DNA of 64,000 nt from the human T2T-CHM13v2.0 reference genome, Homo sapiens. The stretch lies in assembly GCF_009914755.1 (NCBI RefSeq), contig NC_060925.1; one strand, written 5' to 3'. Positions 40,722-58,491 of the stretch are shown one piece after another; the stretch's first letter is position 1; every line of letters begins with the position of its first letter. The position numbers and the translations under genes were made by a program. The notes beneath the pieces were generated by a model that did not search any database, was not told the DNA's origin, and saw only the letters and a list, made by a program, of their open reading frames with translations.

Positions 40722-40766
<45 letters not shown>
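40722..40766. repeat. (TGA)15 trinucleotide repeat
   Basis: Perfect run about 1.4 kb upstream of the TSS. Confidence 0.97.
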
Positions 40767-41958
40767 CTGATTCAACTGAGATTTACTGAGCACCTGTGAA
40801 GTGACTGGAGTGGCCCACAAGTGCAGGCTACCCCCAAGCAAGCTCTGGCAGAATCATTAAGACCTTGTTACATGCTAAAGGATATGGGTTTTATCATGCT
40901 GAAGATGATGAAAGATTTTAATCCAGTGGCTGCCAAGAGTAGTCAGTTCACCTCGGCAGCAATGTGGGGGTGGTTTGGGGGGAGCCAGAGAGCCTGAACC
41001 ATGCAGTGACAGCCATGATGGAGAGAAGGGGAGGGACTGGAGGGATAGGAAGGAATGAGGCACAGCAGTGCCTGATGAGTTACTGGAAGAGGGTGGTGAG
41101 GAAGAGGCAGAAGTCAGCTAGATGGAGTTTGGGGCTTGACTGGCTGGCTAGTGAGACGGTGGTGCTCATAACTGAGGAGGGAATGCCAGAGGAAGGCCAG
41201 TGGGGAGTAGGAGGCAGTTGGGGGGAACAGGGGTTTGCATTTGATATACTGAAGCTGAAGTTCTATGACATCTGACCACACGTATTCAGCAGGCAGTTGA
41301 ATACTTGGGTCTGGAGTCAAGAATAAGCTTGTGAGATGGAGACATAGATTTGTGAGTGGTCAACATATAGGTGGAAGATTAAGTCCCGGGAGTGATTAAA
41401 CAGGTGACCCAGGAAAGAGAAGCTTGGAGAGTATATGAGGTTGCTGAAGGGGAGCCACAGCTGGTGAAGGAATATGCCTCCTTCCAATTCCCAAAGACAT
41501 CAGCTATATAAGTAATGTTCTGTCATAGTTTCAAAATGGTCCATTCTTCATTGAGCTAGAAAGTTAAACTATGAGCACTTTGTTAATATTCAATTGATGA
41601 TGCTCTAATAGTATTATTCGCATCTAACCAGTTTTCTTGCCTGAACAAATCTGTTTGTTGAGATTGACACACACATGAAATAAAATGTATCATTTGAACC
41701 TTATTTTAAGTGTACAGTTGAGTAGTGTTGATACATTCATATTGTGCAGCCATCAGCACCATCCATCTTCAGAACTTTTTCATTTTGCAAAACTGAAACT
41801 CTGTATCCATTAAACACTAACTCCCCAGAGTTCCCTCCCCCTAGCCCCTGCCAACCACTCTATTTTCTGTCTCAATGAACTTGACTACTCTAGGTACCCC
41901 ATCTAAGTGGAATCATAGAAAAGCATAATCTTTAAAGTTCATCTATGTTGTAGCAAGC

Positions 41959-42324
41959 CATCTTAATCTGTTTGAGCTGCTATAACAAAATACCATAAAC
42001 TGGGTGGTTTATAAACAACAGGAACTTATTTCTCACAGCTTTGCAGGCTGGGAAGTCCAAGATCAAGGTGCCAATAGATTTGGTGTCTGGTGAGGGCCTA
42101 TTTCCTGACATGTAGATGGTAACTTCTTGGTGTGACCTCATCCAGTGGAAGGGAAAAGGGGTCTCTCTTGGGCTTCTTTTTATGAGGGCACTAGTCCCAT
42201 TCACGAGGGTTGTACCCTCATGACCTAATCACCTCCACAAAGCCTCACCTCCTAATACCATCACCTTGGGGGTTAGGATTTCAATTTATGAATTTTAGAG
42301 GAACACATAATTTAGACCATAGCA
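41959..42324 (-). mobile_element. MLT1A-type MaLR solo LTR
   Basis: CTGCTATAACAAAATACCATAAACTGGGTGG...GACCATAGCA. Confidence 0.88.
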
Positions 42325-42340
42325 GATGTGTCAGAATTTC

Positions 42341-42650
42341 TTTTTTTTTTTTTTTTTTTTTTTGAGATGCAGTTTCACTCTTGTTGCCCAGGCTGTAGTG
42401 TGATGGTGCAATCTCAGCTCATTGCAACCTCTGCTTCCTGTTCAAGCGATTCTCCTGCCTCAGCCTACTGAGTACCTGGGATTGCAGGCAGGCGCCACCA
42501 TGCTTGGCTAATTTTTTTTTTTGTATTTTAAGTAGATATGAGGTTTCTCCATGTTGGTCAGGCTGGTCTCAAACTCCCAACCTCAGGTGATCTGCCTGCC
42601 TTGGCCTCCCAAAGTGCTGGTATTACAGGTGTGAGCCACCGTGCCCGGCC
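42341..42650 (-). mobile_element. AluS
   Basis: Full dimer; TSD AGAATTTCTT. Confidence 0.93.
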
Positions 42651-44369
42651 AGAATTTCTTTCCTTTTTAAGGTCAATTAATATCCTATTGTCAGTATAGA
42701 CCTCATTTTGTTTATCCATTCGTCCATCCAGGGTCATTCGGGTTGTTTCCACCTTTTGGCTATTGTGAGTAATGCTGCTATGAACATAGGTGTACAAATA
42801 TTTGAGATTCTGCTTTCAATTCTTTGGGGTATATACCTAGGAGTGAAACTGCTGAATCAAATGGTATAACTGTTTATTTTTTGAAGAACTACCATACTAT
42901 TTCCCTTAGCAGCTGCACCATTGTACTTTCCAATCAGCAGTGCACAATGGTTCCAGCTTTTCCACATCCTGGCCAACACTTGTTATGCTCTGTTTTTCTT
43001 CTTATCACCACCATCCTAAAGGGTGTGAGATGGTATTTCACTGTGGTTTTGATTTGCATGTCCCTAATGATTAATGATGTTAAGGACATTTAACTCTTTT
43101 TTACTCTTTCAATATTATAGATATTTGGTAGGATTTTTCTCCCAAGGTAACTCCAGTTGTTTAAAAATTATGTCAAACTAAAATCTGTGTTTAGTTTTTT
43201 CATATATTTCTGAGGATATACCTAGTGAGTCAAAAATGATACTGATAACTGTACATTTCATTCTCATAGTTATCACCATTAATACACATTGATCAGGGTG
43301 AATATGAAATTGATGTGGTCCTGGCAGTAGTTTTGAGCTACGACCCTGCACATAGATTAAGAGTTGTGGTGTTAAGCGATAGACCATATCAATTCACATT
43401 TACATTCAGAATTATAAACAAGTCAAGGAAAATGGTGAAGTTTTAAAGATCTTCTCACTTCTATTCCTGAGGGTTGAACTAGGAAGAGGCATTCTGCTAC
43501 TTACATCAGTTATTCTGCAAACAAAAATTCAGTAGTGGAGAGAAGTAATTTATAACTTTTTACAGTTTCTATTTGGAAGAAAAGCTATGGAAAAATATAT
43601 AGACTAAATTACTTTGAAATTACTGTAATTTTGGAGTGGAGATAAATTTGATAATGAAACCAATACCAAAAGATCACCATCAATTCACTTGCAACAAGCT
43701 GAAGAAAATAGAATGTCCCCAAATATATCATTAGACATATGTTTATTTCAAACAGTGATTACAGGTGGAATGAGAAGACATTATGAATCTATGTCACAAG
43801 CATAAAGGCAGTTTTGGGACATCATAATGTAAGATGAAAAATATCTGATTTTTAAATTTGATTTTATTTCTACCAAACTCAAAACTAAATCATTGTACAA
43901 TTAAAACTTGAAACTCCAGTCATCATGAATAACATGTTTCCTCAGCTTACGCAATAATATTTCATGAGATGATAGTGCAAAAAATAAATAAATAAGGCTC
44001 AGTTTATGAAAGTTACACATAGAAAAAACTCCAAGGCTGAGTGGAAGCTGCCAGCAGGTTGACTGCCTGGCTCACAAAGATTTGCTCTTTTCTAGGAGTG
44101 ACTCCAACACCAAGGAAAGAGTCTGCAGTAGGCTTGTTAATGCCAAAGTGGACTGGTCATGTGCAGTCACATGATCTTAGCTGGGCCAGTCAGGGCCTAT
44201 TCACAGAAATTTGGGGCATGGATCTGTGAGAAGCATGGGTTAATCATTACAGAAGTACAGAAGTGTTGAGAAATTAGAGGCCATGCTGGGTCACTAGGTT
44301 CAGTTTGTGTACGTAGGGGCCTAAGCAAAGACTGGGGACTGGATTTCACTTGTTTTTGCTAAACAAGCC

Positions 44370-44532
44370 CGGGACCCTGGTATAGGGCTGCATCCTATCA
44401 AAGGAGGTACCTTTTTCCTTTCACAAAGGCGTCTTCTGCTCACCAAACTATACAACCACGAGGCTGCATCCACCCAGAGGAGCACCTTTTCTAATTTGCA
44501 TAAAAATGCCATATAGGCTAGCAGAGGACCTG
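44370..44532 (-). mobile_element. MER91-like hAT-Tip100 MITE followed by an MLT1-like LTR remnant (to ~44770)
   Basis: GGAGCACCTTTTCTAATTTGCATAAAAATGCCATATAGGCTAG with an internal duplicate GGCTGCATCC. Confidence 0.5.
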
Positions 44533-46279
44533 AGGCTGTGTTCCCCACCACTAGGAGAAATCTGATCTGCAGTAACAGAGAATGAAGGGAATGCACAGAG
44601 AGGCCGAGGTAGAGAGCATAGGTCCCAGTTGTAGCTGAGTCCCTGGTTCCAGCTGTCCCTGGGAGACAGCTGTTCCCTCCTCTTCAGGCAGATTAGCAGT
44701 AAGACACTCCAATCCTTTCAATAAAACCTCCTTTTGCCTAAATTAGTTCAAATTTGGCTTCCATAGTATATGAATAAAATTCCTGGGTAGGTCCATGATT
44801 GCAATAATAATATAAGTATTATAAATACTAACATAATCCAATGGAGTTGCAGCAGAATTTAAAGAAGAGAGGTACTGTCATGAGTATCTTCAAGAAAGTA
44901 AAAGAAATCCAAAATACCCAATATTAGCAATTCCTGCATCTCTTAAGAAAAGGCTTACAAGTTTTCAAAACTTGCTAAGCAGTGTCAAGCCAAGTAGGAA
45001 GATGTGTGGCAAGTTCAAAATACATCAACCATTGCACATTACTAGCTGGAACGGAAGTGCTTTCATAGGTTACAAAAACATTAAAATGATATCATCTGAT
45101 TCTCCAAATCCTTTCATGGCCAATGAATCAAGTGAAATATTTGTTTCCAATTCTGAATCGACTTTTGTTTAAAATTTATTTATTGTTCACTCAGCATTAC
45201 CAGAATTCTTTCTAAAGCGCCTCAAAGTGGAACTGTAAAAATATTTTTCCTTTGTTTTAAAAAATAGAAGCAATATCACATAGTTTACCATCAGAGAGAA
45301 GTGATGGATATTTCAAAACCATTTGGCACAGAGAAGAGGAATTTTTCCAGAAAAAATATCTCCAAAATTCCCATATTTTAAAATATCTTTGGAGGAGAAA
45401 AAACTTAAAATTGTAAGATTTGGGGTAAGGCATTTCCCCCTACCTCCTCAAGACAGAATAAGATTAATATCTAACTGTAGCTTACTAACTATATCAGTAA
45501 ATTTAAATTCATACTTTTTTTCTGATAATTATACCAAAATGAAAATAATTTCTGAATTATTGAATAACAAAACACTTAAAAAAACTTTACAAACTTGATG
45601 CAAATGTAATTCCAGAACTTTACTTTTACCTAAAATGCCTATAGCTCAATTTTACTTATTAATCAATCTTGACTGTTCTCATACTTGACATGGTCTTATT
45701 AGTAAGCCATGTGGCTTGGAGCTATTGCATATTGGTTTGATTTGGCTGGTCATTGTAGCAAGAATGGCATGCCCAATTTTCTACCTTTCATTGCTAGGAA
45801 AATTTACACAGCAAAAGAGGTCCCCTCATCTCTAATTATTGTGGAGCAGAAATTAATGACCAAACTAATAGAACTAAAGGACTCAGTGGTATTGTGGAAT
45901 CATTGGGCCCATCAGCTGAGAAATAAATTTTATTTTACTAATTGAATTTCCCCTATAAAAATCTTGCACTCCAGCTGGTACTAATTTCACTTTGCCTGTA
46001 ATAATTTTGGACCTCAGGTTGTTGTTACTATTGGATTGACATGTAGATATTGAAGTTTAGCTTATGAAAATAGTACTATTTGCAAAAACAATACTCACTT
46101 GAACATTTTCATGAGTTTTTCTTGGGAATGAGAAGAGAGTTACTGCTTTTATGTCTAAACAATCTTTGTCCATCACCTCCTCCAAATATTCCAGAGTTCC
46201 TCCAAATATTCCAAATATTCCAGGGGACTATGTAGGGGGAAAGGTCTAAGATGGAAATCTAGGGAACTGATTATTTAAA

Positions 46280-46720
46280 AGGCAGGTACACAAGTGTTCA
46301 TCACAACATCCCTTCTAACAGCAAAACTTGGAAATATCTGTCACAGAAGAATGGATAAATGAATTATGGTATATTCTCTCAGCCAAATCTCTCACTGCAG
46401 TGAGCATGAATAAACCACATCTACAAAAATACAATTTTCCCATACATAATGCTGAGCAAAAGAAGCCTGGCAGAGCATTCATAGCCTACATTTACAAAGT
46501 TCAAGCACAGAAAAAACTCATCTCTAATGCTTGAAGTCAAGATGGTAGTTACTCTTCGGGGGATCTGGTGGCTGGAAGGGGCACAAGACCATTTCTAAGC
46601 GTGCTGGAAACACATCATCTTTTGATCTCAGTGCTAGTTACGTGGAGTGTTCTGTCTGTGAAAATGATCAACCTGTGAACTTACGATTTGTGCACTTCTC
46701 TGTATGTATACTTCAATCAT
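46280..46720 (+). mobile_element. L1ME-type 3' fragment
   Basis: GAATGGATAAATGAATTATGGTATATTC...TTGTGCACTTCTCTGTATGTATACTTCAAT. Confidence 0.7.
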
Positions 46721-48032
46721 AGTCTGTTATTTATTTATTTATTTTTAAACAGGTGAAGGAAGAGAACCCAGTGAGGGAGGCTGAGCAGGATGAGCTAGAG
46801 ATGATGGAGAAAAGTCTGGAAAGAGGGGTGCCCTGGGAGCCACAGAAAGAGGATGTTTCAGGAGGAAGGATCAGTCTGCAGTACTAAATGGCTCAAGAAA
46901 GGCCTAGAAGGATAAAGACTGAAAGCTGCCCATTGGATTTGACAACTGACCTCTGAAAGAACAGTTTTAATGGGAGGCAGAAACAAGACAGCAGAGGGTT
47001 GAAGAGCAAGACCCTGGAGATGGGAGCTACTCTTTCCAGTGGCCACAGCAGCTGCAGGGAACGAGAACACTGGGTCCAGGAGGTCTTTTCCCTGAAGACA
47101 GGAGAGATTGAACCACGTTAATGTGTGGGAGACAGCTGGTTGAGAGAGAGATGCTAAAGTTACTGGGGGATGGTTGATGGGGTTCCCGAGGAAGTGGAGG
47201 AGGTGGGATTAGCCCTGGGCAGGGGAAGGGGCTCCTTGCATTCCACAGACACTGCAGGAAAGGAGGCCAGGAAGTAAGTACGATTCACTGAGGGAGTGGA
47301 GGCTGAGAGTTGAGGGAGCTCATCCTCATGACTTCTAACTTAAATTTGCATAGGAGGTCAATAAGGAGATTAAGTCAGATAATGAGAAATCTTATGTGCA
47401 GATTCATTGCCTCATCTTAACTTTGCTCTCCTTTGATCATTTCTAAAGCAAAGTGCAGTTTAGTCAGTCATCTAAAATGGAAAAAAAACTTATAGACAGT
47501 GTGTAGAAATCTTAGGGGGACAAATTATTCACAGACAACTCCCCCTCCCTTCTCACCCAGACACATACACTCACCATTATATCCATTTTATTAATTGGCA
47601 AACGACAGATAAAGAGTATTGTTATTCAGTTCAGCTTGACAGTTTAACCCAATAATTAGCACCAATAACAATGCTTTCTGGAAATTGTTTTCCCAGGTAC
47701 GGTTTCTTCTGGCCTAGGACAGCTAAATCCGTTCAGAGGTCTCTTGGCCCCAGGAAAAGCAAGGTCGAGTTTGTGTCCTGCAGTGGAACCAACTTTCTTC
47801 TCAATCTTCAGCTGCTTTGGGGCTTCTGCTGGCACCCCAAGCTCTGCTGAAGGCAGATCAGTTTGGGGTGACTACACATATGGAAACTAAAGATCGGGGA
47901 ATGTATTCATATAAACTACCTGGCCAGGCACCTTTGGGAAGTCTTCGTGGAGTCCAGGGAGGCACGGGGGTAGGGTGGAGTCCATATACCCCAGAGCGAT
48001 GGGCTCTGCTTTAGCAGAATAAAGCTAAATCG

Positions 48033-48336
<304 letters not shown>

Positions 48337-48768
48337 CTAAATCAAGTTGTTATCAAAAATGAGAGGCAGGTTGTTATTCCAAACACATCTAATACACTCA
48401 CTTCCAAAGCTGTTTAGAGTTTTGCCGATTTGACACCCAGAAAACCCACGGGAGTCCAGAGATTTTACATTTTCTGGGCATTAAGTGCAAAGTACTTGCC
48501 AGATAACAGAGTTTTAGGGGGTTGCCAAGGAGTGTTGCATAGCAGACCGTGAGACTGGGCTGTTATCACATGAGCCGCAGTGAAGTGCCGGCTGAGTACA
48601 GAGTAGGGTAACACCTGAGAAGCTTCATTATCAGGGCCAGATCTGTCACTCTGAGTCTCAGGGCATCCTGAGCTCAGCTGTGGTTGTGTATCGAGAGTTG
48701 GACATTCCAAAAGGCTATGGCCAGAAGCAAGCAACCCAACCCAATGACAAACTTAAAAAACAAAGGGA

Positions 48769-49047
48769 GGCCTGGTGTGGTGGCTCACACCTGTAATCCC
48801 AGCACTTTGGGAGGCCAAGGTGGGTGGATCATGAGGTCAGGAGATCGAGACCATCTTGGCTAACACAGTGAAACCCCGTCTCTACTAAAAATACAAAAAA
48901 TTAGCCGGGCATGGTGGCGGGCACCTGTAGTCCTAGCTACTCAGGAGGCTGAGGCAGGAGAATGGTGAACCCGGGAGGCGGAGCTTGCAGTGAGCTGAGA
49001 TTGAGCCACTGCACTCCAGCCTGGGCGACAAGCGAGACTCTGTCTCA

Positions 49048-49094
<47 letters not shown>
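48769..49094 (+). mobile_element. AluY with a (CAA)n tail
   Basis: AluY diagnostics; tail converted to about 15 CAA units. Confidence 0.95.
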
Positions 49095-50681
49095 CATAGG
49101 GAAAGAGGCGTTCTAATGCCAATAATAATTTTTTAGAATTAGGGACCCAGATTAACTCAGCACATGCCTTTGTAGTGATGCATTTACTATGAATAAGATG
49201 AATGATAGTAACTTGAGTGACTGTATGGAAGTGTGTGCTTCCTTACACTGCCTTCCTTTGAAGGAAGACTTGGCCCCTGCCCGCAGGAATCTGTGATCAG
49301 GAGGCTGGGAAGTGAAATCTCCACAGACCTGGAACTTGCATGTGCCTGAATAACTTTCAATAACAGGTACAGAGCTTGCCTCCTGGTACAATCTTGCAAC
49401 AAACAAATTATCAGGAGAAGCACTTTTCCAATTTATCCACTAAACGGCAAAACCAAACAATGACCGAACATGACGTTGGTTTTTCAGTTACTGTTTGACC
49501 TGGAGCGTGGGGAAAACAGAAGGAAAATGGAAACTACTTAGGCAGCATTTTGTGAGGAGGTGGAAGCAGCGTGGGAAAATATTTCACATGGCTCTTGCCT
49601 ACTCAGCCTGACAAAGAAAGCTGTGGTTTGTTGTCAGATTCCTTCAACTAAATGTGTCAAAGGGAGAGAAACCTCTCTTGAGTGAGAGACCTCTCTCTTC
49701 AAACAGATGCACATCGCCTCCCTCCTCCCTGGCTCACACCATCCCCAGTCCTCTGTGTCCTCCTCTCTTCACACATGTTGGAGCTGGGAAGGAGAACGGA
49801 GAAATGGTCCATATCCTTAGCTCTGCCTCATGTGTCAGCCTTCATTCCTGCCATCTCGTTTCCGGCTCCACCCCAGTGGGATGCCGCAGGGTCATTTTAA
49901 TAATCACAAGGATAGCCATGGAAGCAACAGGGCCCCAGTGGACCCAGCAATCATCCTAGGATCCCCCATGAATGGTGTGCAAGTGGCTCTGTCCCTGCAG
50001 GCGACGCAAAAACTTTGATCCTCTTTATTCTTTTATGAAAGTAGATTATTTTTAAAGTGCTGATCCTCGATATCACTTCATTGATAAAGATTCGAGTGTG
50101 AGTATTGTGATATTGTGGAATACCACGGTCTTTGGAACCAGACAAAACTGGGTTGCGATCTCATATTTGCCACTTAGCTATGTGACCTTAGAGAGTTTTA
50201 AAAGTCTGGAAGCTGCTATTAAAATGATGACAGAAAACGTCTGCATTAAACCAGGAGCACCTCAAGTAAACACATGAAGGGCCTTTTTTCTTCATCAGTG
50301 ATGCGTCTTTATCTTTCTTTCGACTGCTGTTTAAGCTGCTAGATTAGATTCAGGGAAAGTTTAGACATGGCCATAGAAGTCCCATAACATAGAAGGCTAT
50401 ATTGCTTTTCTAGAGGTCACATCAGGTCAACACTGGTTTCCCAACAATGCCTGGAGAGGCTGTCTTAAGCAAAAGCGCTGTCATCAAAGACAAAACAAAC
50501 CTTTCTGTAAAATGGTTATAGCTGGCTTTCAACCTTTGGCAGCCAAGTTGCAGCTAGGGAATGGCAGACCCTTGGGCCTGAGCTGAGGAGCTAATCCCAG
50601 CAAGGCTGTTACAAATCTTTTCCAGAGCACTTAGGCTTTCCCTCTGAAAGATGTTGGATCAAGACTTTTCGGAAATTCTCA

Positions 50682-51044
<363 letters not shown>

Positions 51045-51354
51045 TTATGGGGTTGGTGCATTCAACCAGAGTAGGGGTGGGGGCGCAGGGTAAGCTTTGG
51101 GGAGAATGTCAACAGACCTCTTTATTTATGACTATTATTACTGTTGTTGAAGACATAATGAGATCAATAGAGATCAATCAGAGATAGCCTTGACAAACGC
51201 CTCTGAGATAAGCCTTTGTTTTCAAACACAGCAGGCTTTTGTCAGTGCTTCCTAGAATCATTTGTCTTCCACTTTTACTATGTTCGCCATATCCATGGAA
51301 CACCTGTACTTTATTATATTTAATTGATTTTCAATTGACTCACTTAAAAAAAAA

Positions 51355-51465
51355 TAGAGTCTTACTATGTTGCCCAGGCTGGTCTTGAACTCCTGGGCTC
51401 AGGCAATCCTTCTGCCTTGGCCTTCCGAAGTGCTGGGATTACAGATGTGAGCCACTGCAAGTGGC
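51355..51465 (-). mobile_element. FLAM / Alu left monomer
   Basis: Monomer-length Alu similarity. Confidence 0.85.
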
Positions 51466-51469
51466 TTAA

Positions 51470-51775
<306 letters not shown>

Positions 51776-52351
51776 TGACTCACTTTTTATACTTAGCTGA
51801 ACCCTAAACAATAATCTGGGAAATCACAGGTTTACTAAACTTCTAGAAAGAGTACAGAGCTATTAAAATACATTTCACATGTACATTTTAAAATCATCTT
51901 GTGCAGCACCAATAGGCAGGCCATACTTTAAAAGACACTTCTTTAGATGATCAACTATATAATGAAAAGACTATTACAGACAGGACATTAAAGGTTATTT
52001 TTCTTTTCCTATACTACTTACCAAAATTTCCCCCAATCCCTTTCTGGTTGAAGAAACTCTTAATCAAGCCCTTCCTTTCTATGGTATCCAAAAATACTTT
52101 CATATGTACCATCTCACTTGATTCTCACAATTACCTATAAGGTGGCCTAGAAAACATTATGCCCCCCCAGCTCTGGAGAGATTAAGGCTCAGAATTTACT
52201 TACCCAAAGACATGTAGCTAGTCAGTAACAGGGTAGGTCAACTTGTCACAGATACTGGACTTCTGTTCCAATTAGAGATAGCATGGCTTCCATTCTCTTT
52301 AAGATTTTGGGCTGGACTAGGGTGGAGCCAAGATGGCCGAATAGGAACAGC

Positions 52352-52768
52352 TCATCTACAGCTCCCAGCGTGAGCGACGCAGAAGACGGGTGATTTCTGC
52401 ATTTCCAACTGAGGCACTGGGTTCATCTCACTGGGGAATGTCGGACAGTGGGTGCAGGACAGTGGGTGCAGCGCACCAAGCATGAGCTGAAGCAGGGTGA
52501 GGCATCGCCTCACCTGGGAAGCACAAGGGGTCAGGGAATTCCCTTTCCTAGTCAAAGAAAGGGGTGACAGATGGCACCTGGAAAATCGGGTCACTCCCAC
52601 CCTAATACTGCGCTCTCCCAAAGGTCTTAGCAAACGGCACACCAGGAGATTATATCCTGCGCCTGGCTCAGAGGGTCCTACGTCCATGGAGCCTTGCTCA
52701 TTGCTAGCACAACAGTCTGAGATCAAACTGCAAGGTGGCAGTGAGGCTGGAGGAGGGGCGCCCGCCAT
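52352..52768 (-). CDS. L1 ORF0-like antisense ORF, 138 aa; expression unknown
   Basis: MAGAPPPASLPPCSLISDCCASN... matches the primate L1 ORF0 N-terminus; lies downstream of the L1 antisense promoter. Confidence 0.6.
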   Translation of the reverse strand: MAGAPPPASLPPCSLISDCCASNEQGSMDVGPSEPGAGYNLLVCRLLRPLGERSIRVGVTRFSRCHLSPLSLTRKGNSLTPCASQVRRCLTLLQLMLGALHPLSCTHCPTFPSEMNPVPQLEMQKSPVFCVAHAGSCR

Positions 52769-53343
52769 TGCCCAAGCTTAAGTAGGTAAACAAAGTGGCC
52801 AGGAAGCTCCAACTGGGTGGAGCCCACTGCAGCTCAAGGAGGCCTGCCTCTCTCTGTAGACTCTACCTCTGGGGGCAGGGCATAGCCGAACAAAAGGCAG
52901 CAGAAACCTCTGCAGACTTAAATGTCCCTGTCTGACAGCTTTGAAGAGAGTAGTGGTTCTCTCAGCACTCAACTGGAGATCTGAGAATGGACAGACTGCC
53001 TCCTCAAGTGGGACCCTGACCCCCGAGTAGCCTAACTGGGAGGCACCCCCCAGTAGGGGCAGACTGACACCTCACATGACTGAGTACTCCTCTGAGACAA
53101 AACTTCCAGAGGAACAATCAGGCAGCAGTATTTGTGGTTCACCAAGATCCGCTGTTCTGCAGCCTCTGCTGCTCATACCCAGGCAAACAGAGTCTGGAGT
53201 GGACCTCCAGCAAACTCCAACAGACCTGCAGCTGAGGGTCCTGACTGTTAGAAGGAAAACTAACAAACAGAAAGGACATCCACACCAAAACCCCATCTGT
53301 TTGTCACCATCATCAAAGACCAAAGGTAGACACAACCACAAAG

Positions 53344-54357
53344 ATGGGGAAAAAACAGAGCAGAAAAACTGGAAACTCTAAAAATCAGAGCCCCTCTCCT
53401 CCTCCAAAGGAATGCAGCTCCTCACCAGCAATGACACAAAGCTGGACGGAGAATAACTTTGACGAATTGAGAGAAGAAGGCTTCAGACGATCAAACTACT
53501 CCGAGCTAAAGGAGGAAGTTCGAACCCATGACAAAGAAGTTAAAAACCTTGAAAAAAAATTAGTTGAATGGCTAACTAGAATAACCAATGCTGAGAAGTC
53601 CTTAAAGGACCTGATGGAGCTGAAAGCCACTGCATGAGAACTACGTGATGAATGCACAAGCCTCAGTAGCTGATTTGATCAACTGGAAGAAAGGGTATCA
53701 GTGATGGAAGATCAAATGAATGAAATGAAGCGAGAAGAGAAGTTTAGAGAAAAAAGAATAAAAAGAAATGAACAAAGCCTCCAAGAAATATGGGACTATG
53801 TGAAAAGACCAAATCTACGTCTGATTGGTGTACCTGAAAGTGACGGGGAGAATGGAACCAAGTTGGAAAACACTGCAGGATATTATCCAGGAGAACTTCC
53901 CCAATCTAGCAAGGCAGGCCAACATTCAAATTCAGGAAATACAGAGAACGCCACAAAGATACTCCTAGAGAAGAGCAACTCCAAGACACATAATTGTCAG
54001 ATTCACCAAAGTTGAAATGAAGGAAAAATGTTAAGGGCAGCCAGAAAGAAAGGTCAGGTTACGCACAAAGGGAAGCCCATCAGACTAACAGCTGATCTCT
54101 CAGCAGAAACTCTATAAGCCTGAAGAGAGTGGGGGCCAATATTCAACATTCCTAAAGAAAAGAATTTTCAACCCAGAATTTCCTATCCAGCCAAACTAAG
54201 CTTCATAAGTGAAGGAGAAATAAAATACTTTACAGACAAGCAAATGCTGAGAGATTTTGTCACCACTGGGCCTGCCCTAAAAGAGCTCCTGAAGGAAGCA
54301 CTAAACATGGAAAGGAACAACCGGTACCAGCCACTGCAAAAACATGCCAAATTGTAA
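53344..54357 (+). pseudogene. L1 ORF1, disrupted
   Basis: MGKKQSRKTGNSKNQS...; stop at 53635-53637, further stops and a frameshift near 53875. Confidence 0.93.
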
Positions 54358-54420
54358 AGACCATCGATGCTAGGAAGAAACTGCATCAACTAATGGGCAA
54401 AATCACCAGCTAACATCATA

Positions 54421-58241
<3,821 letters not shown>

Positions 58242-58491
58242 ACAGTGGGAACACATGGACACAGGAAGGGGAACATCACACACCAGGGCCTGTCGTCGGG
58301 TGGGGGAAGGGGGGAGGGATAGCATTAGGAGATATACCTAATGTTGGATGATGAGTTAATGGGTGCAGCAAGCAACATGGCACAGGTATACATATGTAAC
58401 AAATCTGCACGTTGTGCACATGTACCCTAAAACTTAAAGTATAATTAAAATAAATTAATTAATTAACTAAAAAAAAAAAGATTTTGGTGGT

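Larger units (their letters stand above)
41670..43085 (-). mobile_element. L1MB-type 3' fragment interrupted by MLT1A and Alu
   Basis: L1 3' text in reverse (TTCCACCTTTTGGCTATTGTG, CATCCTAAAGGGTGTGAGATGGTAT). Confidence 0.85.
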
